From the NCBI GenBank assembly GCA_041168785.1, contig JBEEKG010000020.1, positions 1 to 35,284 of the forward strand: a DNA stretch of 35,284 nt, read 5' to 3'. The position numbers and the translations under genes were made by a program. Positions 9,631 through 19,704 of this stretch are shown here, piece by piece; within the stretch, counting starts at the first letter, position 1, and the number at the start of each line of letters is the position of its first letter. The notes beneath the pieces are model-generated. The model was not told the DNA's origin and made no database searches. It saw nothing but the letters and a program-made list of their open reading frames with translations. The stretch comes from Cyanobacteriota bacterium. Its GTDB lineage: Bacteria; Cyanobacteriota; Cyanobacteriia; PCC-6307; Cyanobiaceae.

Positions 9631-10350
9631 TTAAGGGGCAAGCCCAAGAGCGCCGCGGGCCCGGGCCTCGGCAGTGGCCATCGCCAGCGCCAGGTGGTCG
9701 GTCAACGCGACTGCCGCCTCACGCCCTTGGCCCTCGAGGGTGAGCGCCGGCCCGAAACAGAGCACCGCCCCATCCCGGCAGCGGGGCGGACGATGGCCGT
9801 AGGCAATGCCCACCGGCACCACCGGCACCGCCACCCCCCGACCAGCGGCCAGCAGGGCCAGACGGGCCAGGCCCTGGTGCAGCCGCAGGGGTGCCGGCTC
9901 CCGCACGATGCGCCCCTCGGGGAACACCACCAACTGCTCGCCGGCCGCAAGCAGGTCGACCGGATAGCGGAGGCTGGCCATGGAAGGACGGCCCTGCTTC
10001 ACGGGGAAACAGCCCAGCCGATGGAGGAACCAGCCCTGCAGGCCGCGCATTTCATCCACCGTCACCATGAAGCGGCAATCGCGGCCGGTGATGCGGCGGC
10101 CGGCGGCGTGGGGCAGCAGCAGGGCATCCCACCGAGCCCGATGGGTGGGCGCCAGCAGCACGGGACCCGCGGTCGGGAGGTGCTCCCAGCCCAGGACCCG
10201 TACGGAGCGGAAGAACAGCCGCAGCGCGATGTCCTGGCTGGCGACCATGGCCAGCGGCGAGAGCCAGGGGCTGATGCCGTTGCACAGACCGCGCTCCCGC
10301 ACCTGGGGGAGGGAAGCCGTGGAACCCGTCTGCGCCGCCAACAACCGCAT
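9631..10350 (-). CDS. Lysophospholipid (1-acyl-sn-glycerol-3-phosphate) acyltransferase family protein
   Basis: PTHRARWD (HxxxxD) and VFPEG motifs. Start uncertain (10350 or 10437). Confidence 0.88.
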   Translation of the reverse strand: MRLLAAQTGSTASLPQVRERGLCNGISPWLSPLAMVASQDIALRLFFRSVRVLGWEHLPTAGPVLLAPTHRARWDALLLPHAAGRRITGRDCRFMVTVDEMRGLQGWFLHRLGCFPVKQGRPSMASLRYPVDLLAAGEQLVVFPEGRIVREPAPLRLHQGLARLALLAAGRGVAVPVVPVGIAYGHRPPRCRDGAVLCFGPALTLEGQGREAAVALTDHLALAMATAEARARGALGLAP

Positions 10351-10478
10351 GAAGGGGAGGACTTTCGACGCTAGGGGCCATGGCCGCCCTTGAGGTCGGG
10401 GCACGGGCAGTTGGGGCACCGCCCAGGGGCGCTCCATAGGATTTCGCCCAGACCCTCCCCCCGCCAGACCACCCCGCC

Positions 10479-11228
10479 ATGGCCAGCCTCGGCGTCAACA
10501 TCGACCACCTCGCCAATGTGCGCCAGGCCCGCCGCACCGTGGAACCCGACCCGGTGAGCCATGCCCTCCTGGCGGAGCTGGGTGGCGCTGACGGCATCAC
10601 CGTGCACCTGCGCGAAGATCGCCGCCACATCCAGGATCGGGATGTGGAGCTGCTGCGTCAGACGGTGCGCAGCCGGCTCAACCTGGAAATGGCCGCCACC
10701 GCCGAGATGGAGGCGATCGCGCTGCGGATCCGGCCCGACATGGTGACCCTGGTGCCCGAGAAGCGCCAGGAAGTGACCACCGAGGGCGGCCTGGATGTGG
10801 CCAGCCAACAGCAGGCCCTCACCGGCCTGGTGGGCCGGCTGCAGGACAGCGGCATCGGCGTGAGCCTGTTTGTCGATGCCGACCCCACCCAACTCGAGGC
10901 GAGCCGGGCCACGGGTGCCCGCTGGGTGGAACTGCACACCGGCGCCTACGCCGAAGCCGATTGGCAGCACCAACCCGGCGAGCTGGCCCGCCTCACCGAG
11001 GGCAGCTTCATCGCCCGCAGCCTTGGCTTGCGGGTGAATGCCGGCCATGGCCTCACTTACCAGAACGTGGAGCCGGTGGCCGCCATTGAGGGGATGGAAG
11101 AGCTCAACATCGGTCACACGATCGTGGCCCGCGCCCTGGCCGTGGGTCTGGAGGCGGCGGTGCGGCAGATGAAGGCGCTGATTCAGAATCCCCGCCGCGA
11201 TCCCCTGTTCGGCAGCCGCCAGCCATGA
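10479..11228 (+). CDS. pdxJ: Pyridoxine 5'-phosphate synthase
   Basis: [43 protein letters not shown] and ELNIGH. Confidence 0.97.
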   Translation: MASLGVNIDHLANVRQARRTVEPDPVSHALLAELGGADGITVHLREDRRHIQDRDVELLRQTVRSRLNLEMAATAEMEAIALRIRPDMVTLVPEKRQEVTTEGGLDVASQQQALTGLVGRLQDSGIGVSLFVDADPTQLEASRATGARWVELHTGAYAEADWQHQPGELARLTEGSFIARSLGLRVNAGHGLTYQNVEPVAAIEGMEELNIGHTIVARALAVGLEAAVRQMKALIQNPRRDPLFGSRQP

Positions 11229-11545
11229 GCACCTATCACTTCATTGCCGCCAGCGAAGCGTTCCTCACCGTGGAGGAGCCCTTGGAGGAGGTGCTGCGGG
11301 AGCGGGTGCGCCACTACGGCGAACAGGGCAAGGCGATCGATTTCTGGCTGGTGAAACGCCCTGTCTTCCTCGAGGCCCCCGAACTCGAGCCGGTTGGCAG
11401 TGCGGTGCCGCGGCCAGCGGCAGCGGTGGTGTCCACCGATGAGAAGTTCATCACCTTCCTGAAACTGCGCCTGGAGTTTGTGGCCTGCGGCCGTTTCGAG
11501 GCACCCAGCGCCTCCATTCCCGACGCCCTGGCCAGCGCGGCCTAA
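11225..11545 (+). CDS. ycf54: Ycf54 (Mg-protoporphyrin monomethyl ester cyclase accessory protein)
   Basis: [25 protein letters not shown]...IDFWLV...[12 protein letters not shown]; ATGA overlap with pdxJ. Confidence 0.92.
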   Translation: MSTYHFIAASEAFLTVEEPLEEVLRERVRHYGEQGKAIDFWLVKRPVFLEAPELEPVGSAVPRPAAAVVSTDEKFITFLKLRLEFVACGRFEAPSASIPDALASAA

Positions 11546-11883
11546 AACAGGCCGAGAAAGCGCTTGCGCGGAGCCTCCTCACCGGATTGGGCCTGCTCTG
11601 ACCTGCCCTGGCCGCCGTCCTGCTGGTAACGGGGCTTGTTGTCCCCAATGGTGAGCAGCGCCTCCTTGTTCTTCCACCACACCCAGTCGCGAATGGGCGG
11701 CGTGTTGGCCAGCTGCTGGCGGGTCAGGCCGAGCCCGAGCTTGGCGGAGGCATCGAGGAGCACGTCGAGCATCTCTTCCCCACTGCTGCAGCGGGCCAGG
11801 GCCTCATTGGTGCGCTTGGCCCCGTTGAGGGCCTTCACCAGGGCATTCACCCGCTGGCCCACCGACAACGAGGCTGGGTTCAT
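11542..11883 (-). CDS. Hypothetical protein with weak Nif11-leader-like N-terminal half
   Basis: 113 aa, host-like codon usage, fills the gap, stop overlaps the ycf54 stop. Confidence 0.7.
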   Translation of the reverse strand: MNPASLSVGQRVNALVKALNGAKRTNEALARCSSGEEMLDVLLDASAKLGLGLTRQQLANTPPIRDWVWWKNKEALLTIGDNKPRYQQDGGQGRSEQAQSGEEAPRKRFLGLF

Positions 11884-11987
11884 CAGGATCTCAACACCGG
11901 TGAGGCGACCGTACCAGCGGTGGACGGTCGGGGGGGGCTGACAAGGAGAGGGGGGGAAGGCAAGACTGGATCCAACGCGATGGACCG

Positions 11988-12647
11988 ATGACGTCCCCCT
12001 CCCGTGCCTGCCGCCATTGGGTGATCGGGGACGTTCACGGCTGCGCCGACTCCCTGGAACGACTGGTGGCCGAGCTTCCGGCCGGGGATCGGCTGGTGCT
12101 GTGCGGCGATGTGATCAACCGGGGGCCCCAGATCCGCCGCACCATGGAGCTGGCCTGGGGCCTGGTGGAGTCCGGCCGGGCGGTGTGGCTCAAGGGCAAC
12201 CACGAAGCCGACTTGGTGGCTGCCCTGCACCAGGGCAACTGGATGGCCCACCGGGCCCTGGCCGGCTGTGACACCTACCGCCAACTCGGTGATCGCCACT
12301 GCCGCATCTGGCAGGAGCGCCTCGACCAGCTGCCTTGCACCTACGGCGGACCAGGCTGGGTCGCCACCCACGCCGGCTTCGATCCCACCAGCTGGGAACC
12401 GGACCTCTCCATCCGCATGCCCTTCTGGCAGGCCTACGACGGCCGCTTCGGCGATGTGGTGATCGGCCATACCCCTGGCCCCAACGTCCGACGACTCGGC
12501 CGGATCGTGATGGTCGACACCGGCGCCTGCTACGGCGGCGACCTCTCCGCCTACTGCCCCGAAACCGGCGCCATCCGATCTGTCCCTGGCCTGCGGGACC
12601 GCGGGATCACCTCCTTCAGCCAGCAGCTGGCGGGCTGCCTGCCCTGA
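11988..12647 (+). CDS. Calcineurin-like metallophosphoesterase (PPP/ApaH/PrpA-like)
   Basis: Full motif set GDVHG, GDVINRG, KGNHE, THAG, IGHTP and VDTGACYGG. Confidence 0.92.
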   Translation: MTSPSRACRHWVIGDVHGCADSLERLVAELPAGDRLVLCGDVINRGPQIRRTMELAWGLVESGRAVWLKGNHEADLVAALHQGNWMAHRALAGCDTYRQLGDRHCRIWQERLDQLPCTYGGPGWVATHAGFDPTSWEPDLSIRMPFWQAYDGRFGDVVIGHTPGPNVRRLGRIVMVDTGACYGGDLSAYCPETGAIRSVPGLRDRGITSFSQQLAGCLP

Positions 12648-12670
12648 TGGCCCACCGCTGAGCCCGCGCC

Positions 12671-15600
12671 TTGCTCACCGTTTTCCGGGGCAACCGGGCT
12701 GAACATCTCGCCGAACTCCTGGCCGCCCAGCTGCGGCTGAATCCACCGGGCCCGTGCGAGACGGTGCAGGTGGTGGTGAACACCTGGCCCACCAGCCGCT
12801 GGCTGGGGGAGCAGCTGGCGGTGGGACTGGGGGGCATCGCGGCCAACATCCGCTACCCCTTTCCCGGCAGCCAGCTGCGCCAGATCGTGCAGGCCCTGCT
12901 GGGCGACAGCAGCGGCGACGCCGACCCCTGGCGCGCCAGCCAGTTGGTATGGCCCGTGCTGGAGCTGCTGCCGGAGCTGGTGGAGCAGCCGGAAGCCGCC
13001 GCCCTGCAGCAGTGGTTGGGGCGTCGCCAGGGCAGCGCCAGCGAGCTCGACCTGGGCCAATGGCAGCTGGGGCGCAGCATCGCCGATGCCCTCGACGACC
13101 TCGCCCTTTACCGCCCGGATGTGCTCGAGAGCTGGTGGGAAGACCGCACCCCAGCCCACGGTGACAGTGCAGCCTGGCAGCGGCTGCTGGTGCTGCGGCT
13201 CGCAGAGCGCCTGGGCGTCAAGCCCTTTGGCCTGCGGGTGCTCGAGGCCATCGCCCTGCTCCAAGCCGGGCCACCACCTGCCGGCAGCCTGCCCGATCCC
13301 CTGCGCCTGTTTGGCCTCAGCAGCCTGGCGCCGATCCAGGTGCAGCTGCTCCAGGCCCTCAGCATCCACACCAACGTGGACCTCTACCTGCTCACCCCCT
13401 GCCGCGACCTCTGGCAGCGCTGCACCAGTCGCCGGCGGGTGCTGAGCGACGCCATCGCCCTGCAACAGCCCTTGGACGGCGACTGGCTGCTGCAGGCCTC
13501 CGGCCTGGAGGCCCGCTTCGGGCGCCTGGGGGGCGAATTTCAGCAGTTGCTCGAAGGCAGCGGCGACAGCCGTCTGGGCCAGTGGGAGGAGAAGGATCTG
13601 TTCGTGGCTCCCGCAGCGGGCCATCGCGGGGTAGGGCCTGCGCCCCTGCTCCATCAGCTGCAGCAGCAACTGGCGGACCCGGCTGAACAACCCCAGCTGC
13701 AGCGGGCCTCGGGTGACCGCTCCCTGGAGTTCCACCGCTGTCCCGGCCCCCTGCGCCAGGTGCAGATCGTGCGGGATCGCATCCTGCAGCTGATGGCCGC
13801 CGACCCCACGCTCCAGCCCCGGGATGTGCTGGTGATGACCCCCCAGGTGGATGGGCTCGCCCCCCTGGTGGCCGCCGTGTTCGGCGATGGCGAGGCGACG
13901 GGCGTGACGCTCAACTGGCGGCTCACCGACCGCAGCCAGCAGAGCGACGCCAGCCTCAGCCGCAGCCTGCTGGAGCTGCTGCGGCTGGCGGGGGAACGGC
14001 TCACCGCCTCGGCCCTGGAAACCCTGCTGGAGAGTGCGGTGCTGCAGGAGCACTTCCAGCTCAGCGGGGGCGAACTGGCGGCCCTCCATCCCCTGCTGCA
14101 GCGCTGCGGCTTCCACTGGGGCCTCGATGCCGCCGAGCGGGGCGGCCTGGCCAGCGGCAGCCTCGCCTGGGCCATCGACCGGCTGCTGCTGGGCCTGGTG
14201 CTGCCCGAGGAACCCGGTCTGGCCCCGGCTGACACCGCCCCCCTGGCCAGTGGGGTGGGTGTGGAGCTGCTGGGCCGCTGGCTGCACCTGCTCACCCGGC
14301 TACGCCACTGGCTGACGGAGCTGCGCCGTCCCCGCCCCTGCGACGCCTGGGCCAGCGGCCTGCGAACCCTGCTCACCGACCTGTTCGGCGAGGGCGGCAG
14401 CCAGGCCTGGGAGCTGCCGCAAGTGTTGGCCGCCATCGACGACTGGCAGCAGGCCGCCGCGGGCTGCGCCCTCGAGCTAGCCGCCCCGGTGGTGGCGGCC
14501 GTGCTCGATGAGCGGCTGGCCGCCGATTCGGGCCGCTTCGGTCACCGCAGCGGCGCTCTCACCATCAGCGCCCTGGAGCCGATGCGGGCGATTCCCCACC
14601 GGGTGATCGTGTTGATGGGGCTGGATGCGGGCACGTTCCCCCGCCAGAGCCAACGGCCCGGCTTCCACCTGCTCGAGCAGCAACGCCGGCTAGGCGACCC
14701 CAACCCGGCCGACCAGGACCGGTATGTGCTGCTGGAGGCCCTGCTCTCGACCCGGGATCACCTGCTCGTGACCTGGAGCAGCCGGGACCCCCGCAGCGGG
14801 GGAGAGCTGCCGCCGGCCACCCCGGTGCGTCAGTGGCTGGAATGGCTGCAGGGCCAACTGCCCTGCCAGGGAGACGGCCTGCTGGTGGACCATCCCGCCA
14901 ACCCCCTCGACCGGGCCAATTTCCAACCGATCGGCGAACGCCCCCCGGGCAGCTGTGACCGACGGCTGCTGGAGGCCCGCCAGCTGCTGGACCAGCCCAC
15001 CGCCCTGGCCCCGCCCTTGCCCCTGGCGGCCAGCACGCCCCCCTCCCCACCGGTCCTGGAGCACGGAGGCGGGGACTTGGATGCCACGGCCGACCTGCGC
15101 GAGTGGCTGCTGGCCCCCCAGGCCAGCTGGCTGCACTCCCTGGGGCTGCGGCCCCGGGAATGGGCCGACAGCCTCGACGACCTCGAACCCCTCAGCCTCG
15201 ACGAGCGCAGCCGGGCCGGCCTGCTCCGCCAGGCCCTCAGCAACCCTGGGGGAGCAAGCCTCGACGTGCCCGAAACCTGGCTGGAGCGCCACCGGGGCAC
15301 GGGTCTGTTGCCGCCCCTGGCGGCCGGGCGCCTGGAGGCCGGCGGCCTCAGCCGGCGCTGGCACAGCCTGCACACCACCCTGGAGGCCCTGGGCCCCGAA
15401 CGCCGGGCCCTGGCCCAGTGGCAGGGCTGGCAACAGGAGCTGCTGTGGCGGGGCTCCGCCCTGGTGGTGCTGCACCCGGCCCGGCCCCGCAGTCGCCAGC
15501 GCCTGGAGCTCTGGCTGGCCCTGCTGCTGGCCGCCGCCGCCGACCAGGCCCCCTCAGCTGCGGTGCTGGTGGCCAGGGGCGAGCAAGACTTCGGGGTGGA

Positions 15601-15910
15601 GCTGCGCCTGGTGCCCCCCGATGGGGCCACGGCCCGGCGGGAACTGGCGCGGCTGGCGGAGCTGCGCGAAACCTGGCGCCAGCGCTGCTGGCCAGTGCCG
15701 CCCGAAACCGGCTGGGCCCTTGTGGAGAAGGGCACCGACCAGGCGATCGAAACCTGGGAGGGCACGGAGCGATCCCGGGGCGAACGGCAGGAGCCAGAGC
15801 AGGCCCTGTGCTTCGGCGTCGAGCTCAGCGGCAGTGCCCTGCTGGCCAGTGGTGAGGTGGCCGCCCAGGCCGAAATCCTGCTTGCCCCCCTGCGGGAGCA
15901 ACTGCCATGA
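12671..15910 (+). CDS. recC: Exodeoxyribonuclease V gamma subunit
   Basis: 1079 aa. N-terminal VFRGNRAEHLA, FGLSSLAP, LQPRDVLVMTP, LEPMRAIPHRVIVLMGLD and DRYVLLEALLS. Confidence 0.93.
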   Translation: MLTVFRGNRAEHLAELLAAQLRLNPPGPCETVQVVVNTWPTSRWLGEQLAVGLGGIAANIRYPFPGSQLRQIVQALLGDSSGDADPWRASQLVWPVLELLPELVEQPEAAALQQWLGRRQGSASELDLGQWQLGRSIADALDDLALYRPDVLESWWEDRTPAHGDSAAWQRLLVLRLAERLGVKPFGLRVLEAIALLQAGPPPAGSLPDPLRLFGLSSLAPIQVQLLQALSIHTNVDLYLLTPCRDLWQRCTSRRRVLSDAIALQQPLDGDWLLQASGLEARFGRLGGEFQQLLEGSGDSRLGQWEEKDLFVAPAAGHRGVGPAPLLHQLQQQLADPAEQPQLQRASGDRSLEFHRCPGPLRQVQIVRDRILQLMAADPTLQPRDVLVMTPQVDGLAPLVAAVFGDGEATGVTLNWRLTDRSQQSDASLSRSLLELLRLAGERLTASALETLLESAVLQEHFQLSGGELAALHPLLQRCGFHWGLDAAERGGLASGSLAWAIDRLLLGLVLPEEPGLAPADTAPLASGVGVELLGRWLHLLTRLRHWLTELRRPRPCDAWASGLRTLLTDLFGEGGSQAWELPQVLAAIDDWQQAAAGCALELAAPVVAAVLDERLAADSGRFGHRSGALTISALEPMRAIPHRVIVLMGLDAGTFPRQSQRPGFHLLEQQRRLGDPNPADQDRYVLLEALLSTRDHLLVTWSSRDPRSGGELPPATPVRQWLEWLQGQLPCQGDGLLVDHPANPLDRANFQPIGERPPGSCDRRLLEARQLLDQPTALAPPLPLAASTPPSPPVLEHGGGDLDATADLREWLLAPQASWLHSLGLRPREWADSLDDLEPLSLDERSRAGLLRQALSNPGGASLDVPETWLERHRGTGLLPPLAAGRLEAGGLSRRWHSLHTTLEALGPERRALAQWQGWQQELLWRGSALVVLHPARPRSRQRLELWLALLLAAAADQAPSAAVLVARGEQDFGVELRLVPPDGATARRELARLAELRETWRQRCWPVPPETGWALVEKGTDQAIETWEGTERSRGERQEPEQALCFGVELSGSALLASGEVAAQAEILLAPLREQLP

Positions 15911-18900
15911 CGCCGATCCCGGCGCCTGAGCAGCGCTTCGAGGCCAACACCTTTCCGCTCGAACCGGGCCTGCGGCTGCTGGAGGCCAGTGCCGGCACCG
16001 GCAAGACCTTTGCCCTGGCCCAGCTGGTGCTGCGCTACGTGGGCGAGGCGGAGCTGGACCTGCGCCAACTGCTGGTGGTGACCTTCACCGACGCCGCCGC
16101 GGCCGAGTTGCGCGATCGCATCGGCCAGCGGCTGCAGCGGGCCCTCGCGGGGTTGGAGAATCCCGAGCTGGAGGCGCCCGACCCCACCCTGGCCGCCTGG
16201 CTGGAGCAGCAGCGCCCCCGCACCGACCAACTCCGGGCCCGGCTGTTGCTGGCCCTCGAGGAGCTCGATGCCGCCGACATCACCACCATCCACGGCTTCT
16301 GCCGCCGCACCCTGCAACGCCACGCCCTGGAGGCCGGCCTGCCCCCGGAGCTGCAACTGGAAACCGAGAAGGGCTCCCTGGTGCGGCAGGTGGCCCACGA
16401 CTACTGGCAGCAGCAGGTGCTGCCCCTGGCCAGCCACCTGGTGGCCGGCCTGCAGACGTGGGTGAAGGGTCCGGAGACCCTGGAAGCCCTCTTGGGCAGT
16501 CTTGATGGCGACCCCGCCCTGCAGCTCGACCCCCTGCCAAGCGGATTCGCGGTTGCGTCCCCTCTACCAGGCCAGCTGGAGGTGTTCTGGGCCGAAGCCT
16601 GGGGCCGGTTCCAGGCGTGCTGGAGCGCCCACGGACGGGACCTGGAGGCGAGCTTCTGCAGCACCGCCGCCACCTGGCGTGAGCAGGGCTTCAAAACCAC
16701 CACCCCCTACAACCCCAAACCCCGCAAGGACCGCTGCGGTCTGGTGGAGGGCTGGATCGCGGCCCAGCCTCCCGGGGGTGACTACGGCGCCACGGCAGGT
16801 CGCGGCGGCGGGGCCGAGGGGTTGCTGCGCGACTACTTCCACCCGGGAGCCTTCCTCAAGGTGGCGCGGGGCATCGAGGGCTTGGACGGGGATGACGGCG
16901 GCAAGGGGCCCTCCCTGCCGGAGCGCCCCCTGCTCGAGGCGGTGGCCCAGCTGCTGGAGGGTCCGGCGGAGGCGATGCTGCTGCATGCCTGCCATTGGGG
17001 CCGGGCCGAGCTCAACCGGCGGCGCCGCCAGAGCGGGCGGCTGGGTTTCGCCCAGTTGCTGGAGGGGCTCGACCCCGGGGAGTTGGCCACAACACCGCTG
17101 CTGCAGGCGGTGGGGAAGCGCTACGCCGTGGCCCTGGTGGATGAATTTCAGGACACCGACCCGGTGCAATGGCGAATCCTGGCGGGGGCCTTCCAACCCG
17201 AACGGCACCGGCTGGTGCTGGTGGGTGATCCCAAGCAGGCCATCTACCGCTTCCGCGGCGGCGACCTATGCACCTATCTGCACGCCCGCCAAGCCGCCGA
17301 GGCGGGTGCGGGCATCAGCAGCCTCACCGACAACTACCGCTCCAGCCAGGCCCTGATCGCCGGGCTCAATGGGCTGATGCAGCCGGGCCTGCGCCGCACC
17401 GGCCTGGCCGTGCCGCCGGTGCGCGCCCAGCAGGGCGAGACCAGCCTGTTGCTGGCGGCGGACGAACACCCCCTGCAGCTGCTCTGGCTGGGCGGCGACC
17501 GTTCCACTGGGGACAAACCACCCAGCCGCAGCGCTCTGGAGCGCGAGCTCCCCACCCGGATCGCCAGCTTCACGGCCGAACTGCTCAACCGCGGGCTCCG
17601 GGAACACCGGGAGCCCTGCACCAAAGCGGACGCCAGGACCCGGCCCCTGGGCCCCAACGACATCTGCCTGCTGGTGGGCACCCACCGCCAGGCCGACGCC
17701 CTCCGCAGCGCCCTCGAGACCTGCGGCATCGCCAGCCGGCTGGTGAGCCAGGGGGATGTGTTCGAAAGTGCCGGAGCCACGGCGCTGCAACGGCTGCTCG
17801 ACGCCCTGGCCGAACCGGGCCAGGGCCACCGGCTGCGGCTGCTCGCCGCCTCCCCCCTGCTGGGTTGGAGCGCGGCCGAGATCGCCAGCGCGGGACCGGA
17901 GGAGTGGAGCACCCTGGCCGGTCGGCTGGCCCAATGGGCCGCCCAGCTCCCCCGCCGGGGCCTGCTGGGGGTGCTGGCCAGCCTGCTGGAGCAGCGGGGC
18001 CTGGCCAGGCTCTCCCTGGGAGGGCGGCTGCTGGCCGACCTGCAGCAGTGCGGGGAGCTGGTGGCGGCACGCCTGCACGCCGACCAACTGGGGCCCGCGG
18101 CTGCGGCCGACTGGCTGCGGCGCCTGCGGCTCGACCCCGACCAGGATGTGCCCGACGCCCACCAGCCCCACAGCGACGTGGTGGATGCGGCGGTGTCAGT
18201 GGTGACGGTGCACCGCAGCAAGGGACTGGAATACCCGGTGGTGATCTGCCCCTACCTGTGGCAGGCCCCCGGCGCCGATCGGGGCGGCCAGGGACGGCTC
18301 GGCGTGCGCTGGCGACCTGAAGACGGCGACCCGGAACGCCGCGAGGCCGTGCTCGACCTGCACCTCAACCTCCACTGGGGGGCCGGCCATCGGGCCCGCC
18401 GGCAGCAGCGCCAGGCCGAACTGGAGGAACGGGAACGGCTGGCCTACGTGGCCGCCACCCGGGCCCGCCTGCTGCTGGTGCTCGCCTGGGGGCCGGTGCA
18501 GGGGCAGCAGGGCAACCCGCTCCATCCCTGGCTGTTCGACCAGGAAGAACCCCCGGGCGCCGACCACGACCCCTATCGAGACGCCAGCGATGCCGACTGG
18601 CGCGACCGGGTGGTGCAAGCCATCAACCGCCGCGGCCTGCCGCTGAGCCTGATCGATCCCCCCGCCCGGGGCCAGCGGATCGGCTGGCGGCCGGCCACCA
18701 GCCCGGCAGAACAGCCCCTGGCGCGGGGCCCCGTGCCCAGCCAGCCGTTCGACCCCACCTGGGGCCGCAGCAGCTACACCAGCTGGACCCAGGGGAGCCA
18801 CGGCGCGGCGCCCCAGGCCGTGGAAGAAGGTCGGGAAACCGATGCCCTGGTGGCCGACCTCGATGCCGGCCAGCCGAGCGGGGAGGCGGGAGGCGAGGAC

Positions 18901-19704
18901 GGCAGCCAGGCCTGGCCCGCCGATGGCCCCCTGGCCGACTTCCCCCGTGGCGCCCAGGCCGGAGATTGCCTGCACCGAATCCTGGAGCAACTCGACTACC
19001 GCCAACCGGTGGCGGACCAGGCCGACCTCTGCGCCCGCGAACTGCAGCGGGCCGGCATCGCCGAGCCCCAGCTGCAGGCGGCGGTGCTGGGGCTGGAGCA
19101 GTTGCGCCAGAGCCCCCTGGGCGGGGCGTTGGGGGGCTTCCAACTGGCCCAGCTGGCTCCGGAGCAGCGCCTCAATGAAATGAATTTCGACATGCCCCTG
19201 GGCCTGGTGCGGGCCCGGGCCCTGGCGCGCCCGTTCAGCGACCATCCCGAGGGTTGGTTCGGGGCCGACTACGCGGAGCGACTGGCCCAGCTGGACGTGG
19301 CCAGCCAGGGCTTCCTCACCGGCTCGATCGACCTGGTGTTCCGCCACGGCGAGCGCTGGTGGGTGGCCGATTGGAAGAGCAACTGGCTGGGTGAGCGCGA
19401 CGGCCAGGGCCAACCGCTGCGTTGCGGTCCTCGGCACTACACCCCCGCCGCCATGGCCGAGCTGATGGCCGCCAATCACTACCCCCTGCAGGCCCACCTC
19501 TATTTGGTGGCCCTGCACCGCTACTTGCGCTGGCGCCTGCCCGGCTACAGCCCGGAGCAGCATCTGGGCGGCTACGTGTACGTGTTTCTGCGCGGGGTAC
19601 CCGGAACCACCAGCGCCACCCGGGCCGTGCCGGGGATGTTCCTCGAGCAGCCCCCCCTGGCCCGGCTGCTGGCCCTCGACCAGGTGCTGGGAGGCCCCCC
19701 ATGA
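15907..19704 (+). CDS. recB: Exodeoxyribonuclease V beta subunit (helicase-nuclease)
   Basis: EASAGTGKT, VTFTDAAAAELRDRI, DEFQDTD, VGDPKQAIYRFRG, TVHRSKGLE and YVAATRA; nuclease motif GSIDLVF...DWKSN...YPLQ. Confidence 0.95.
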   Translation: MTPIPAPEQRFEANTFPLEPGLRLLEASAGTGKTFALAQLVLRYVGEAELDLRQLLVVTFTDAAAAELRDRIGQRLQRALAGLENPELEAPDPTLAAWLEQQRPRTDQLRARLLLALEELDAADITTIHGFCRRTLQRHALEAGLPPELQLETEKGSLVRQVAHDYWQQQVLPLASHLVAGLQTWVKGPETLEALLGSLDGDPALQLDPLPSGFAVASPLPGQLEVFWAEAWGRFQACWSAHGRDLEASFCSTAATWREQGFKTTTPYNPKPRKDRCGLVEGWIAAQPPGGDYGATAGRGGGAEGLLRDYFHPGAFLKVARGIEGLDGDDGGKGPSLPERPLLEAVAQLLEGPAEAMLLHACHWGRAELNRRRRQSGRLGFAQLLEGLDPGELATTPLLQAVGKRYAVALVDEFQDTDPVQWRILAGAFQPERHRLVLVGDPKQAIYRFRGGDLCTYLHARQAAEAGAGISSLTDNYRSSQALIAGLNGLMQPGLRRTGLAVPPVRAQQGETSLLLAADEHPLQLLWLGGDRSTGDKPPSRSALERELPTRIASFTAELLNRGLREHREPCTKADARTRPLGPNDICLLVGTHRQADALRSALETCGIASRLVSQGDVFESAGATALQRLLDALAEPGQGHRLRLLAASPLLGWSAAEIASAGPEEWSTLAGRLAQWAAQLPRRGLLGVLASLLEQRGLARLSLGGRLLADLQQCGELVAARLHADQLGPAAAADWLRRLRLDPDQDVPDAHQPHSDVVDAAVSVVTVHRSKGLEYPVVICPYLWQAPGADRGGQGRLGVRWRPEDGDPERREAVLDLHLNLHWGAGHRARRQQRQAELEERERLAYVAATRARLLLVLAWGPVQGQQGNPLHPWLFDQEEPPGADHDPYRDASDADWRDRVVQAINRRGLPLSLIDPPARGQRIGWRPATSPAEQPLARGPVPSQPFDPTWGRSSYTSWTQGSHGAAPQAVEEGRETDALVADLDAGQPSGEAGGEDGSQAWPADGPLADFPRGAQAGDCLHRILEQLDYRQPVADQADLCARELQRAGIAEPQLQAAVLGLEQLRQSPLGGALGGFQLAQLAPEQRLNEMNFDMPLGLVRARALARPFSDHPEGWFGADYAERLAQLDVASQGFLTGSIDLVFRHGERWWVADWKSNWLGERDGQGQPLRCGPRHYTPAAMAELMAANHYPLQAHLYLVALHRYLRWRLPGYSPEQHLGGYVYVFLRGVPGTTSATRAVPGMFLEQPPLARLLALDQVLGGPP

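Noticed and set aside
1108-16119. HIP1 octamer GCGATCGC (noticed at about 1108, 10713 and 16112)
   Set aside because: Only a few copies seen, close to chance at this GC content; no HIP1 over-representation evident.
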